Source: an uncultured SAR86 cluster bacterium (GTDB lineage Bacteria; Pseudomonadota; Gammaproteobacteria; Magnimaribacterales; AG-339-G14). From it: DNA of 64,000 nucleotides. This document shows, piece by piece, positions 49,171 to 58,504 of the stretch; within the stretch, counting starts at the first letter, position 1; every line of letters begins with the position of its first letter. The DNA lies in contig CACJNS010000003.1 in NCBI GenBank assembly GCA_902594855.1, positions 1,289 to 65,288 on the forward strand, written 5' to 3'. The position numbers were made by a program, and so were the translations under genes. A model generated the notes under the pieces. It was not told the DNA's origin. It saw nothing but the letters and a program-made list of their open reading frames with translations, and did no database searches.

Positions 49171-50373
49171 TTAAATTAATTTATAGAGAATATCGGATAA
49201 TTCGTTGGAGGATTGATAAAGTTTTAAGCCCTTATGAATTTTGTTATTGATATAAGAAAAACCAATTTTTTTATCTGTATCACCATAAGCGCAGGCTCCA
49301 CCGATGCCTGCATGCCCAAAAGCACTTTCAGATCTTCCAATCGGAGAAAGCTGCGTATTGAGCAAATATCCTAGTCCAAATTTAATATCTCCAAAAAAGA
49401 GAACTGTATCCGGTCCAGAAGTATGGGGAGTTAAAGCCTGATTGATCGATTCCCTTGACATGATTGTCTTGCCATCTCTTGATCCACCATTAGATAAGAT
49501 GCCATAAAACTTTGCTAAAGCATTTGAATTACCGTGTCCGTTTCCAGCCGGAATTTCTGCCATCCTCCAATCTGTAGAATTCATATAGTTCTGATCATCG
49601 TTAGCTGCAGTACTGTCAAAAGCAACCTTAAAATCTCCCTTTCTGAACCATCTCTTTATGTTTTTAAGTGGCTGAGGAAGAAATAACTCTGGGATCAAAG
49701 ATATAAATATCTGAAATCCTTTTGAGGGCCCCATAGCATCAGAAATAGAAATTGTATCTGCACAATTTGGCAAATCCTCTTCATCTAAACCAATCTTAAA
49801 ATTTAGGTCAAATGGATCAGCAATATGTTCTTTAAAATAAGATCCTATTGTTTGGCCTGTAACCTTTCTGAAGAGTTCGCCGTTTAGAAAACCATAAGTC
49901 AATGCATGGTAACCTTGACTTGTGCCAGGTTCATGAAATGGTTCTTGAGTTTCAAGAGCTTTGATAAAAGAAGACCAATCCTGCCATCTTGGATTTTCGA
50001 GTCTTTCTCTAAAACCAAACATTCCCGCTCTGTGTGTTAAAAAATGTTTGATTAAGGTATTTTCTTTACCGTTAGTTCCGTATTCTGGCCAATATTTACT
50101 TACTTTGTCATCCAATGATATTTTTCCTTGTTCAACTAAGTGCATCATGCAAGGGACAATAATTCCTTTTGTGACAGAGAAGACATTGCAAATAGTATCT
50201 TTATCCCAAGGTATAGTTTTTTCCTTATCCTTAAATCCACCCCATAAATCCACTATCATTTCACCATCTTTTTCCACAGCAAATGACGCACCAGTTTCAT
50301 AACCAGAATCTATTAAAGATCGGAAGTGATTCTCTAACTCTTTAAAATCTGGGTGACAATATCCATCTATCAT
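49171..50373 (-). CDS. Serine hydrolase (EstA-like, beta-lactamase fold)
   Basis: FSVTK, THRAG, PGT..GYHALTYG, FGHAG.GG. Confidence 0.9.
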   Translation of the reverse strand: MIDGYCHPDFKELENHFRSLIDSGYETGASFAVEKDGEMIVDLWGGFKDKEKTIPWDKDTICNVFSVTKGIIVPCMMHLVEQGKISLDDKVSKYWPEYGTNGKENTLIKHFLTHRAGMFGFRERLENPRWQDWSSFIKALETQEPFHEPGTSQGYHALTYGFLNGELFRKVTGQTIGSYFKEHIADPFDLNFKIGLDEEDLPNCADTISISDAMGPSKGFQIFISLIPELFLPQPLKNIKRWFRKGDFKVAFDSTAANDDQNYMNSTDWRMAEIPAGNGHGNSNALAKFYGILSNGGSRDGKTIMSRESINQALTPHTSGPDTVLFFGDIKFGLGYLLNTQLSPIGRSESAFGHAGIGGACAYGDTDKKIGFSYINNKIHKGLKLYQSSNELSDILYKLI

Positions 50374-51251
50374 GATGCTAGAACTTGTTTTAATGAATCG
50401 ACAAATTCTTTAGGTTTATCTAAGAATAAATGATGCATTGCACCAGGAATCATATGTAACCTATCATCAGATAAACCACTTACGTACTTGAAATAATCTA
50501 AAGTTTCTTGGGTCATGAGTTGACTAAGCTGACCGTAGATAAGAGAAAGTTTGCAGTTAAGGTTGGTTAAATTCTCATGTTGATCTAAATACGAATAAGT
50601 TTTCATGATTGTAGGGTCTGATTTCAATTTCCACCCTTCCTCAGTTTCTCTATAAGAAGTTTCGGCAACATATTTCAGGACAAAATCCAGCTCACAAGGT
50701 TGAGGAGGCATAAGCCTAAATCTTTCAATTGCATCCTCTTTAGTAGGAGATGCCACTCCTAATCTAACAGTTGGCCGACGAGATGACATTTCTTTTGCTT
50801 TTTCAGGCGGAAGAACAATGGTTGAATCCACAAGGATTATTTCATCGCAGAGGTCTTTATATTTATTGCCAAAGATAATGGAAACATGACCTCCCATACT
50901 GTGAGCAACTATGATTGGTTTATCTAATTTTAAACCTTCTATAACGTCTTTAACTTCATCTGCGTATGTTTCCTGCGAATAAGCTTCTCTGTGTTCACTA
51001 TCTCCCATACCGCTAAAATCCATGGCGACAACAAAATAATCATTTGCAAATTCTGGAATGACATGGTCCCACCAATGCGTATGCGCATTAAAGCCATGTA
51101 AAAATAGAAGGCACTTTTTTTCATTTGAACCCCAAGTCCTAACATTTATTTTTACCCCAGATGAATCTATCGATAATTGTTCTGAAGGATATTCAATATT
51201 ATTTATGAACCATTCTGGTGCTAGACCCAGAGGATTTTTTCCAATTAACAT
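50370..51251 (-). CDS. Alpha/beta-fold hydrolase
   Basis: FLHG, DFSGMGDS, AHSMGG, C-terminal HH. Confidence 0.9.
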   Translation of the reverse strand: MLIGKNPLGLAPEWFINNIEYPSEQLSIDSSGVKINVRTWGSNEKKCLLFLHGFNAHTHWWDHVIPEFANDYFVVAMDFSGMGDSEHREAYSQETYADEVKDVIEGLKLDKPIIVAHSMGGHVSIIFGNKYKDLCDEIILVDSTIVLPPEKAKEMSSRRPTVRLGVASPTKEDAIERFRLMPPQPCELDFVLKYVAETSYRETEEGWKLKSDPTIMKTYSYLDQHENLTNLNCKLSLIYGQLSQLMTQETLDYFKYVSGLSDDRLHMIPGAMHHLFLDKPKEFVDSLKQVLAS

Positions 51252-51274
51252 GGCGCGATTATACGGAATATTAG

Positions 51275-51988
51275 TTATCTAAGTAAGGAATGAATATTTC
51301 CTTGAAACTCTATGGACGGGTTGACATTAACTCCAGCGGTAAGAGATTGCTCTAATACTTTTTCCAACATTCTAGAGGAGCCGAATATTTCATAATTTAG
51401 TTCATTATCTATAACTATATTGCCTGACAAGAGATCGGCATTTGGAAAAGTTATAAAATTAGCAATTAATTTATTATTTTCGCAATTTATATTTGCTTCA
51501 ACCGAAGTTTCGTAAACTTCACCAAATAATTCAAGATCATTGACCATAGCGTTAATTCTTCCCGAAGAGGAAATGCATCTATCTTTATCAAAACCTAAAG
51601 TTAAGTTATCCGATGAAAGAAGGATTTTCATAGGCAATTTTGAGCCAAACTTGTCACTATCAAATATAAATTTTATGGAGCTAAGACTAATTACTTCATT
51701 CATGATTAGCTCTGCTATTGAAATATCTCCTGTTAGATCAAGCCTTCCACGATCAATTTTTATATGAAGTTTATTCAATCCAACAGAGGTATTAAGATTC
51801 CCAATCAGAGTATCGCCATAAAAAACTTCCTCAAATGTGCCACTCCAAATTGTTCCGTTAATGTCTCTATAAGAGATTTCTGGAAAAAGATCATCAACAG
51901 TTGAATAAGCAATCCTTAAGGGTAAAAATAAAAAAAGAAGTACAAAGAAGAGAGAAACTACCGAGATAAAAAAATATCGAAGACTCAT
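51275..51988 (-). CDS. gspN: Type II secretion protein N
   Basis: N-terminal TM helix, GTIWSG motif, last gene of the gsp cluster. Confidence 0.75.
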   Translation of the reverse strand: MSLRYFFISVVSLFFVLLFLFLPLRIAYSTVDDLFPEISYRDINGTIWSGTFEEVFYGDTLIGNLNTSVGLNKLHIKIDRGRLDLTGDISIAELIMNEVISLSSIKFIFDSDKFGSKLPMKILLSSDNLTLGFDKDRCISSSGRINAMVNDLELFGEVYETSVEANINCENNKLIANFITFPNADLLSGNIVIDNELNYEIFGSSRMLEKVLEQSLTAGVNVNPSIEFQGNIHSLLR

Positions 51989-52434
51989 TAGATTTTAGAT
52001 AGATTTAATTGAGCAGACACTCTCCCGCCTGAAGACTTTGTGAGGCTAGTTTTATCTAAAGAAACTCGATCTTGAATTGAGAAAAGCCAGTCATAAAGTC
52101 TCATAAAATCTGCATCATTTATCCAGACAATAATTGACTCTTCGTCTATGACCTGAGTTCTGTCGATGGAAATTTTAAAATCGCCAGAAGTATTGGTAAT
52201 TAAGGAGGATATTGAAACATTATCTTGATTGACAAACCCTGGGAAAAAATTAATTTTATTTATTAATCTTTCTTCTGTAAGTATTTTATTTCTTTCGATT
52301 TCAAGATTGTTTGCTGTCTTTTGAATAAAATTTAAAAAGAAACTAAGAACGATTAGAACAAGTAAAGACAACGTCAAAATAAATATTATTTGTTGTTGTC
52401 GAGTTAAGGAATTTAGATAACTAAAAACTTTCAA
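51988..52434 (-). CDS. gspM: Type II secretion protein M
   Basis: Single TM helix, VWI...F..L..WL; position in cluster. Confidence 0.75.
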   Translation of the reverse strand: MKVFSYLNSLTRQQQIIFILTLSLLVLIVLSFFLNFIQKTANNLEIERNKILTEERLINKINFFPGFVNQDNVSISSLITNTSGDFKISIDRTQVIDEESIIVWINDADFMRLYDWLFSIQDRVSLDKTSLTKSSGGRVSAQLNLSKI

Positions 52435-53542
52435 TTATGATTTCTCCTATGATGAAATTATTACTTCTATTGGATGTGCCTATTTGAGCGTAAATCCCCT
52501 CTCCTTCCAATTTAGCTATTATTCTTTCTAAATCGGCGAATGAATTTGCCTCAACTTCGAAAGCAGTTCTTTGTTGTGACAACACAAATGAATTTAAATT
52601 AGTTGAATTTAGAGAAGTAACAGCATTACTGACTGTAGAAATTAATTTTAATTGATCTTGATCGTTATTCTGTCTCATCAAGCGGTATTTAATTTCATTG
52701 AAATCGGTCTCGTAATTCAGACTTGGGAATTTTTGGTTAAAAACTTGTTTTGACTTTTCTAACGAATTATCAATTTGAAAAGAATAGGAAATAATTTCAA
52801 TCAAGCTCAAACTAATAAAAAATAAATAAATTGAAGCTAAAGCAATTAGGGGTTTTTTGCTTTGCTTGAATAACTTGTCTATATCTAGACGTTTTTCATA
52901 TTTTCCCTGCATGAGGTTGAAATATGAAAAGTCTATTGATTTGAGAGAATGGATCATAAGATCCTCATAAGAATCAAAGACTTTTGATTGAATTTTTAAA
53001 TCCTTATCGAGAGATATTTCTTCGACGCTAAAGACTTCAAGTGGATCAGCTTTAAATTGATTAATAATATTTTCTTTACTTAATTTGAAGGTTGCCAAAG
53101 ACATCATCAATCTTATTTTGTTTCTCTTAGAGTGAACGTAAACAAAATTTTCAAAGAAAATTAAAGTATTTACTTCGGAATCGTAAGCGTGAAATGGTGT
53201 CAAAAAATCTAGATTTTCTTGAAAAGCTAAATCTCTAACTGAATTAAGATATTCACTTGATGCAGCAAGAATCTCTTTTGAGTCTTTTGATTGTATCCAT
53301 TCATCTTCAGAATCATCGTCAATAAGCTCATCTTTTATCATGAAAGGAATAGCTTTCTTAAGCTGTGCATCTGATACATCGGGAAGATTAAGATCAATAT
53401 TATGGAACTCATTAGTCAGCAATATTCTTCCTGATACTTTGTGACTTTCGGAATCAAATTTTACTGATTTAAAAGTGTCATTTTCTTGGAGAAAATAATG
53501 ACTTTTATCTTGTTCTATAAGCTCTATTACTTTTTGTATCAT
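52421..53542 (-). CDS. gspL: Type II secretion protein L
   Basis: AIPFMIKDELIDD, NLMQGKY, TM helix, periplasmic ferredoxin-like C-terminus. Confidence 0.8.
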   Translation of the reverse strand: MIQKVIELIEQDKSHYFLQENDTFKSVKFDSESHKVSGRILLTNEFHNIDLNLPDVSDAQLKKAIPFMIKDELIDDDSEDEWIQSKDSKEILAASSEYLNSVRDLAFQENLDFLTPFHAYDSEVNTLIFFENFVYVHSKRNKIRLMMSLATFKLSKENIINQFKADPLEVFSVEEISLDKDLKIQSKVFDSYEDLMIHSLKSIDFSYFNLMQGKYEKRLDIDKLFKQSKKPLIALASIYLFFISLSLIEIISYSFQIDNSLEKSKQVFNQKFPSLNYETDFNEIKYRLMRQNNDQDQLKLISTVSNAVTSLNSTNLNSFVLSQQRTAFEVEANSFADLERIIAKLEGEGIYAQIGTSNRSNNFIIGEIIIESF

Positions 53543-54522
53543 AGATATTTTCCAATCTTTCGCATGTAAACTTTTGGTCCTGTTGAGGTTATTTCGATTT
53601 TTGAAATTAAATCGTAAGTGTTCGATCCATTAGTAATTTCTACATCTATTTCATAATAATTACTTTGAGTTGATAACGACTCTCTTATAGATCCTGATAA
53701 AGCCAATCCATCAAATTCTGGCATATCAAAGAATTCCTTAGTTGATTTGTAGCCTCCAAAAGGTTTTGATAACAGCACATTTTGAGCCGAATAAAAATCT
53801 AATTGATTTTCCGTAATAGCAATTATTAGATGAGGATATTTAGGAGACAAAGCATTTATATTGATGTTTAACTCCCTCGAAGGATGAACACATAGATAAG
53901 GTTTAAGTTGTTTGTAAATCTCATCATTCATCCCATTAATGTTTCTAATTTCAGGCAAGTCAGCAATTAATTGATTAGTTGGAAGATAAGGATTCTTTTT
54001 GGCAGTGTAGTTAACATCTTCCGCGCCAAGAGTATCCTGTGGAGTGGAATTGGTATCAATCCAATCAATTAAAGAGGACACAATTATATCCATGTCATAT
54101 TCAGGAATTTCTAGACTCATTCCAAGATTTTTCAATAACTGCGAATTGATCCTACTAACCCTATCTTGAGAATTATTGATCTTTGAAACCAAAGAATTAA
54201 CATTAAAGCAATTATTCCTGTCATAAAAATTTCCAAAAACTCGACCGTTTTCAGTTTCAAAACTTAATGAGTTTTCAATGGACTCTGATGAGCTGGCTAA
54301 AGCAATTTGAAGTCTATTTTGTTCCGGTTTTAAATATTCTTTTCCAATTACTTCGAGACTTAATAGATCAAGATATGCTTGAGAGAAAAAATTTTCATAA
54401 ATATGAAACTTTACCTTTTGCTGTGTCTCATTACTCATCATTACTCCGATCGAAGAAACGATCGTTATAATAAATAAGGATAATATGAGCGCTATTCCAG
54501 GCAGACTTTCTCTCTTATCCAT
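53539..54522 (-). CDS. gspK: Minor pseudopilin K
   Basis: G-IAL prepilin, FNVNSL, LIDWID, GAED..Y, ININ. Confidence 0.9.
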   Translation of the reverse strand: MDKRESLPGIALILSLFIITIVSSIGVMMSNETQQKVKFHIYENFFSQAYLDLLSLEVIGKEYLKPEQNRLQIALASSSESIENSLSFETENGRVFGNFYDRNNCFNVNSLVSKINNSQDRVSRINSQLLKNLGMSLEIPEYDMDIIVSSLIDWIDTNSTPQDTLGAEDVNYTAKKNPYLPTNQLIADLPEIRNINGMNDEIYKQLKPYLCVHPSRELNININALSPKYPHLIIAITENQLDFYSAQNVLLSKPFGGYKSTKEFFDMPEFDGLALSGSIRESLSTQSNYYEIDVEITNGSNTYDLISKIEITSTGPKVYMRKIGKYL

Positions 54523-55105
54523 AATTCACCAATAAAATCTTATTGAATATTAAAAGGTCATAAAATCCTATTTTGACTTCAACTGCATCTGGAAGACTGC
54601 TATCAAAAAATATTTCTTCTGATATAGGCCATGCTTCATAAGAGACATTTTCAAAAAATATTTCAAGATCCACATAATCCACATCATCAAGAAGGATTTC
54701 ACTTTGTAAAGGATCCTCGTTATCTATATATCTGTAGGATTCTCTGATCAGTTCTCCGTTATCTAATTTATAAATTATCTTTCTTAGAGCACCGGTATCA
54801 TCCAATCCATCTGTGTCCGAGAGTTTTATTAACCTTAATAAGATTTCGTCAGAATCTGAGGAATTTAATTCCATAGTTGATAATTCATAAGCACCCATTT
54901 GGTCTCTTGGGATTGTATTTACGGATTGCGTAAAATCTTGTCTCAAATATTTATTCAAAAGAACCAATTTATCTAACCTATCATTTTTTTCTTGAATGGA
55001 AAGATTCGAAGAAACAGATATATTCAATAAGGATGAGCCTAATAATGCCAAAAGAGCGAATAAAGATATTGCAATGAGCATTTCTATTAAAGATAAGCCT
55101 TTCAT
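54515..55105 (-). CDS. gspJ: Minor pseudopilin J
   Basis: KG-LSLIEMLIA, LRQDFTQ, LPDAVEV. Confidence 0.85.
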   Translation of the reverse strand: MKGLSLIEMLIAISLFALLALLGSSLLNISVSSNLSIQEKNDRLDKLVLLNKYLRQDFTQSVNTIPRDQMGAYELSTMELNSSDSDEILLRLIKLSDTDGLDDTGALRKIIYKLDNGELIRESYRYIDNEDPLQSEILLDDVDYVDLEIFFENVSYEAWPISEEIFFDSSLPDAVEVKIGFYDLLIFNKILLVNYG

Positions 55106-55518
55106 TGGGCCAAAACCTCTTTAAAAACCTTTGATTTTCCTAATAAATCTCCATCTTCAGAAAAAACTTTTATTTCAATTTCAATTCTATTTCTCTCAAC
55201 TGAAGTTGCTAACTCTCTTTCCCAAATGAACGGCATGCCTAGAAATGTTTCCTCTCCTTCGTCGTATTGCGAAGAAGTAAGATAATCATCCTTGACTAAG
55301 TTTTTCAAAGCTAAGTTTTCTGCAATATTATTTGCCAAGAATCTTTCTTCAATTAAGTTAATGGATTTTGAAGAATCAGTGATTAAAGAAGAGAAAGCCA
55401 GTGCAGCAATAGCAAGAATAAAGAAAGCAACTAAGATTTCTATTATTGTGAAACCAGATAATGTTTTATTCCCAGTTGCCAATATCTTTATCCGATCCTT
55501 CTCCACCTTCCTCACCAT
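55102..55518 (-). CDS. gspI: Minor pseudopilin I (exact start uncertain; overlaps the gspG 3' end)
   Basis: G-FTIIEILVAF, EERFLA..IAEN, G..F.W. Confidence 0.8.
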   Translation of the reverse strand: MVRKVEKDRIKILATGNKTLSGFTIIEILVAFFILAIAALAFSSLITDSSKSINLIEERFLANNIAENLALKNLVKDDYLTSSQYDEGEETFLGMPFIWERELATSVERNRIEIEIKVFSEDGDLLGKSKVFKEVLAQ

Positions 55519-55897
55519 CAGCTCCTAGAGAATATAAATCAAAAGTTCCAAATCTTCCGGGTCTTCTGTATTTGTAATCATTACCCCAGGGATCTTTTTC
55601 TAATCTTCTTACGTACCCTCCTGATCTGTATCTTTCTTTAAATCTGTGATTTTCAGGAACTGTCACAAGAGCTTGAAGACCCTCTCTGGAATTTGGGTAA
55701 GAGATCATATCAAGACGATAGAGCTCAAGTGCTTGTTCTAAGAGTCTAATGTCGGCTTTAGCTTTATCTTCTCTAGCCCTTTCCTGACTCGGTAAAACAT
55801 TGATTGCAATCACGGCAGTCAATAAGCCTAAAATCATTAAAACAACTAAGATTTCAATAAGTGTAAAGCCTTTTAATTTTATTTTTTTCATCATCAT
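55466..55897 (-). CDS. gspG: Major pseudopilin G
   Basis: G-FTLIEILVV, ALELYRLD, DPWGN.Y, SLGADG..GGEG..DIGNW. Confidence 0.96.
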   Translation of the reverse strand: MMMKKIKLKGFTLIEILVVLMILGLLTAVIAINVLPSQERAREDKAKADIRLLEQALELYRLDMISYPNSREGLQALVTVPENHRFKERYRSGGYVRRLEKDPWGNDYKYRRPGRFGTFDLYSLGADGEEGGEGSDKDIGNWE

Positions 55898-55910
55898 ATT
55901 TTACTCCTCG

Positions 55911-57119
55911 TTATAGGCTGAATGTATTTAACTGAATCAACGGTAATAAAATTGCCAAAACAATCAAAGAAACAAATCCACCCATAAAAATAATAACCGC
56001 GGGTTCCAAAAGATTTAAAGTTATCTTAGTAGAATGATTAAATCTATCCTGAAGGTATTTTGAAACCTTAATTAACATGTTTTCTAACTCTCCACTTGCT
56101 TCACCGCTAGATATCATTTCAATGATTAGTGAAGGTATGTATTTTGATTTACTTAATGATCTTGCAAGAGAATTTCCTTCAGAAACTTCAACGGATGCAA
56201 AATTAATATCTTTTTTTAAAATTCTGTTGCTGACAGTATTTGCAGAGATATCCAGTGACCTAATTATGGGGACATTGCTTGATCTGAGAATGGATAGAGA
56301 ATTAGTGAATCTTGATAAGTTTGAATCGATAATAAATTTATTAATTATCGGAAGTTTTAATAGGACTTTATCAACATAAAGAAAAAAATTATTAATGCCA
56401 ATGAATCTGATTCCAATAAAAGCAATTAAAGCTAAAAAAACAATAAGCAATCCGAACCAGAGGCTTGTAAAAAAATTTGAAATTCCTAACATTGCCATTG
56501 TTAAGAATGGTAATTGCTGATTAGAGTTAGCAAATTGAGAGACGACATTTGGAACAACAAAGATTAGCAGTAAACTTATTATCACCAGGGAAGTTGCAAA
56601 TAAAACCATTGGATATATTGTTGCTCCAAGGATCTCTTGATTAAGGGTTGCTCTTTTTTCTAGATAATCAGCTGTCTCCTCCATAACATTTCCCAATTCT
56701 CCAGAAGATTCCCCTGCTTCGATTAGTGATACATATAAACTATCGAAAGATTCAGGGAATTCCTTTAAAGCTTCAGAGAACTTATACCCTTCTTTAACTC
56801 GCATGGATATTTCCTTGAGTTTGTTGGCACTAGATTTATCTGAAAGCTGTTCAGCTACCGAATCTAGTGACCTATCAACAGGTATGCCTGCATTTATAAG
56901 AGTGGACATTTGACGAGTAATTAATGCTAAATCACTTGATTTAATTTTATGGGACAAAAAACTTAAAAAAGATCCTGAAGCTTTTCTTTCTTTTACATCT
57001 ATAGGAATTAAACTCCTACTTTTTAATTCTTGAGAGGCTAAATTGACATCATCTGCAATTAAGCTGCCTTTTATTTTTTTTCCATCTGACGATAAAGCTT
57101 CGTAATTAAAAGCAGGCAT
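55911..57119 (-). CDS. gspF: T2SS inner-membrane platform protein F
   Basis: RQMSTLINAG.P, AGESSGEL, YP, GEASGEL, LLEP. Confidence 0.95.
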   Translation of the reverse strand: MPAFNYEALSSDGKKIKGSLIADDVNLASQELKSRSLIPIDVKERKASGSFLSFLSHKIKSSDLALITRQMSTLINAGIPVDRSLDSVAEQLSDKSSANKLKEISMRVKEGYKFSEALKEFPESFDSLYVSLIEAGESSGELGNVMEETADYLEKRATLNQEILGATIYPMVLFATSLVIISLLLIFVVPNVVSQFANSNQQLPFLTMAMLGISNFFTSLWFGLLIVFLALIAFIGIRFIGINNFFLYVDKVLLKLPIINKFIIDSNLSRFTNSLSILRSSNVPIIRSLDISANTVSNRILKKDINFASVEVSEGNSLARSLSKSKYIPSLIIEMISSGEASGELENMLIKVSKYLQDRFNHSTKITLNLLEPAVIIFMGGFVSLIVLAILLPLIQLNTFSL

Positions 57120-58501
57120 CAGGCCTCCATAAGAACTCTTCTGACTTCTTCAAGGGTTGTGACACCCTCTTGAATAAGTTTTTGACCTGATTCTTCAAGA
57201 AAATCATGCTGTGGATCGATAATATCCCTGACTTTCTTTTCAGAAAAATCATCGTTAATAAGTTCTTTAACGTTTTGATCGACATCTAAAATTTCAAAAA
57301 TACCTTGCCTCCCAGAATAAGTTTCTCCATCTGATGAAAGTTTTCTTACCAGTCGTTGTGAAATTATTGTTCTTAACGATGAAGCTAATAAATAAGGTTC
57401 AACGCCCATGTCTATCAATCTAGTAATTGCACCCAAGGTATCATTGGTGTGAATCGTTGATAAAACCAAGTGACCAGTTAGAGAAGCCTGAATTGCAATC
57501 TCAGCTGTTTCTTTGTCCCTTATTTCACCAACCATTACCACATCTGGATCCTGTCTTAGAATTGCTCGCAGTCCAGCAGCAAAAGTCATTCCAACTTTAT
57601 TATTAACTTGTGTTTGCCCAATACCGTCTACGGCATATTCAATAGGATCCTCAACCGTTAAAATGTTTCTACTCTGATCATTCAATAGGTTTAATCCAGC
57701 ATATAAAGTTGTAGTTTTACCGGAACCAGTTGGCCCTGTTACTAATATAATTCCATTATTTTGAGAAAGGGACTTAGTGAATACTTCTTTTTGCCCTGCA
57801 GGCATTCCTAGATCGTCTAAATTAAATTTTGCTTCAGACTTATCGAGAAGTCTGAGAACAATTCTTTCACCGTAATTAGAAGGTAAAGTTGATACTCTTA
57901 AATCTACCCATTTTTCCCCAAGCTTTAATGAGATTCTGCCGTCTTGAGGAATTCGTTTTTCAGCAATATCAAGGTTAGCCATGACTTTTATTCTGGCATT
58001 TAAAAGAGAGGCTATTCTGCTACTTGGAGAAAGTATTTCTTTTAATATACCGTCTACTCTAAACCTTATAGAGAGATTTTTTTCGTAAGGCTCTATGTGT
58101 ATATCAGATGCATTCGATTTAATTGCTTCCGATAAAACAGCATTAATTAGTCTGATTACGGGAGCTTCTGTTGAGTCATCCAGCAGATCTTCTGTTTTTG
58201 GTAAATCGGAAGCCAATTGTTCCAAATTAATTTGATCTCCAAGGCCATCAACAATATCTTCTGATTTATCGGTATTTTCTGAATAAAAAGATGAAATATG
58301 TTTGAAAAAATCTGCTCCAGATAATGATTTTATAACCAAAGGCATCTTAAATTTTGCCTCTAATTGAGATAATTTATTTAATTTAACATCGTCGGAAGTT
58401 AACACTTCCAAGTTATTTTCATTTATACCCGAAATAAAAATTCCATTTTCTCGTGCAAATTTATAGCTCAGTTGAAAATTTTGTGTATTTTTATTCTCCA
58501 T
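57119..58501 (-). CDS. gspE: T2SS ATPase E
   Basis: ASDIHIEP, GPTGSGKTT, EDPIE, LRQDPD..MVGEIRD, TGHLVLST.H. Confidence 0.96.
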   Translation of the reverse strand: MENKNTQNFQLSYKFARENGIFISGINENNLEVLTSDDVKLNKLSQLEAKFKMPLVIKSLSGADFFKHISSFYSENTDKSEDIVDGLGDQINLEQLASDLPKTEDLLDDSTEAPVIRLINAVLSEAIKSNASDIHIEPYEKNLSIRFRVDGILKEILSPSSRIASLLNARIKVMANLDIAEKRIPQDGRISLKLGEKWVDLRVSTLPSNYGERIVLRLLDKSEAKFNLDDLGMPAGQKEVFTKSLSQNNGIILVTGPTGSGKTTTLYAGLNLLNDQSRNILTVEDPIEYAVDGIGQTQVNNKVGMTFAAGLRAILRQDPDVVMVGEIRDKETAEIAIQASLTGHLVLSTIHTNDTLGAITRLIDMGVEPYLLASSLRTIISQRLVRKLSSDGETYSGRQGIFEILDVDQNVKELINDDFSEKKVRDIIDPQHDFLEESGQKLIQEGVTTLEEVRRVLMEA

Positions 58502-58504
58502 AAT

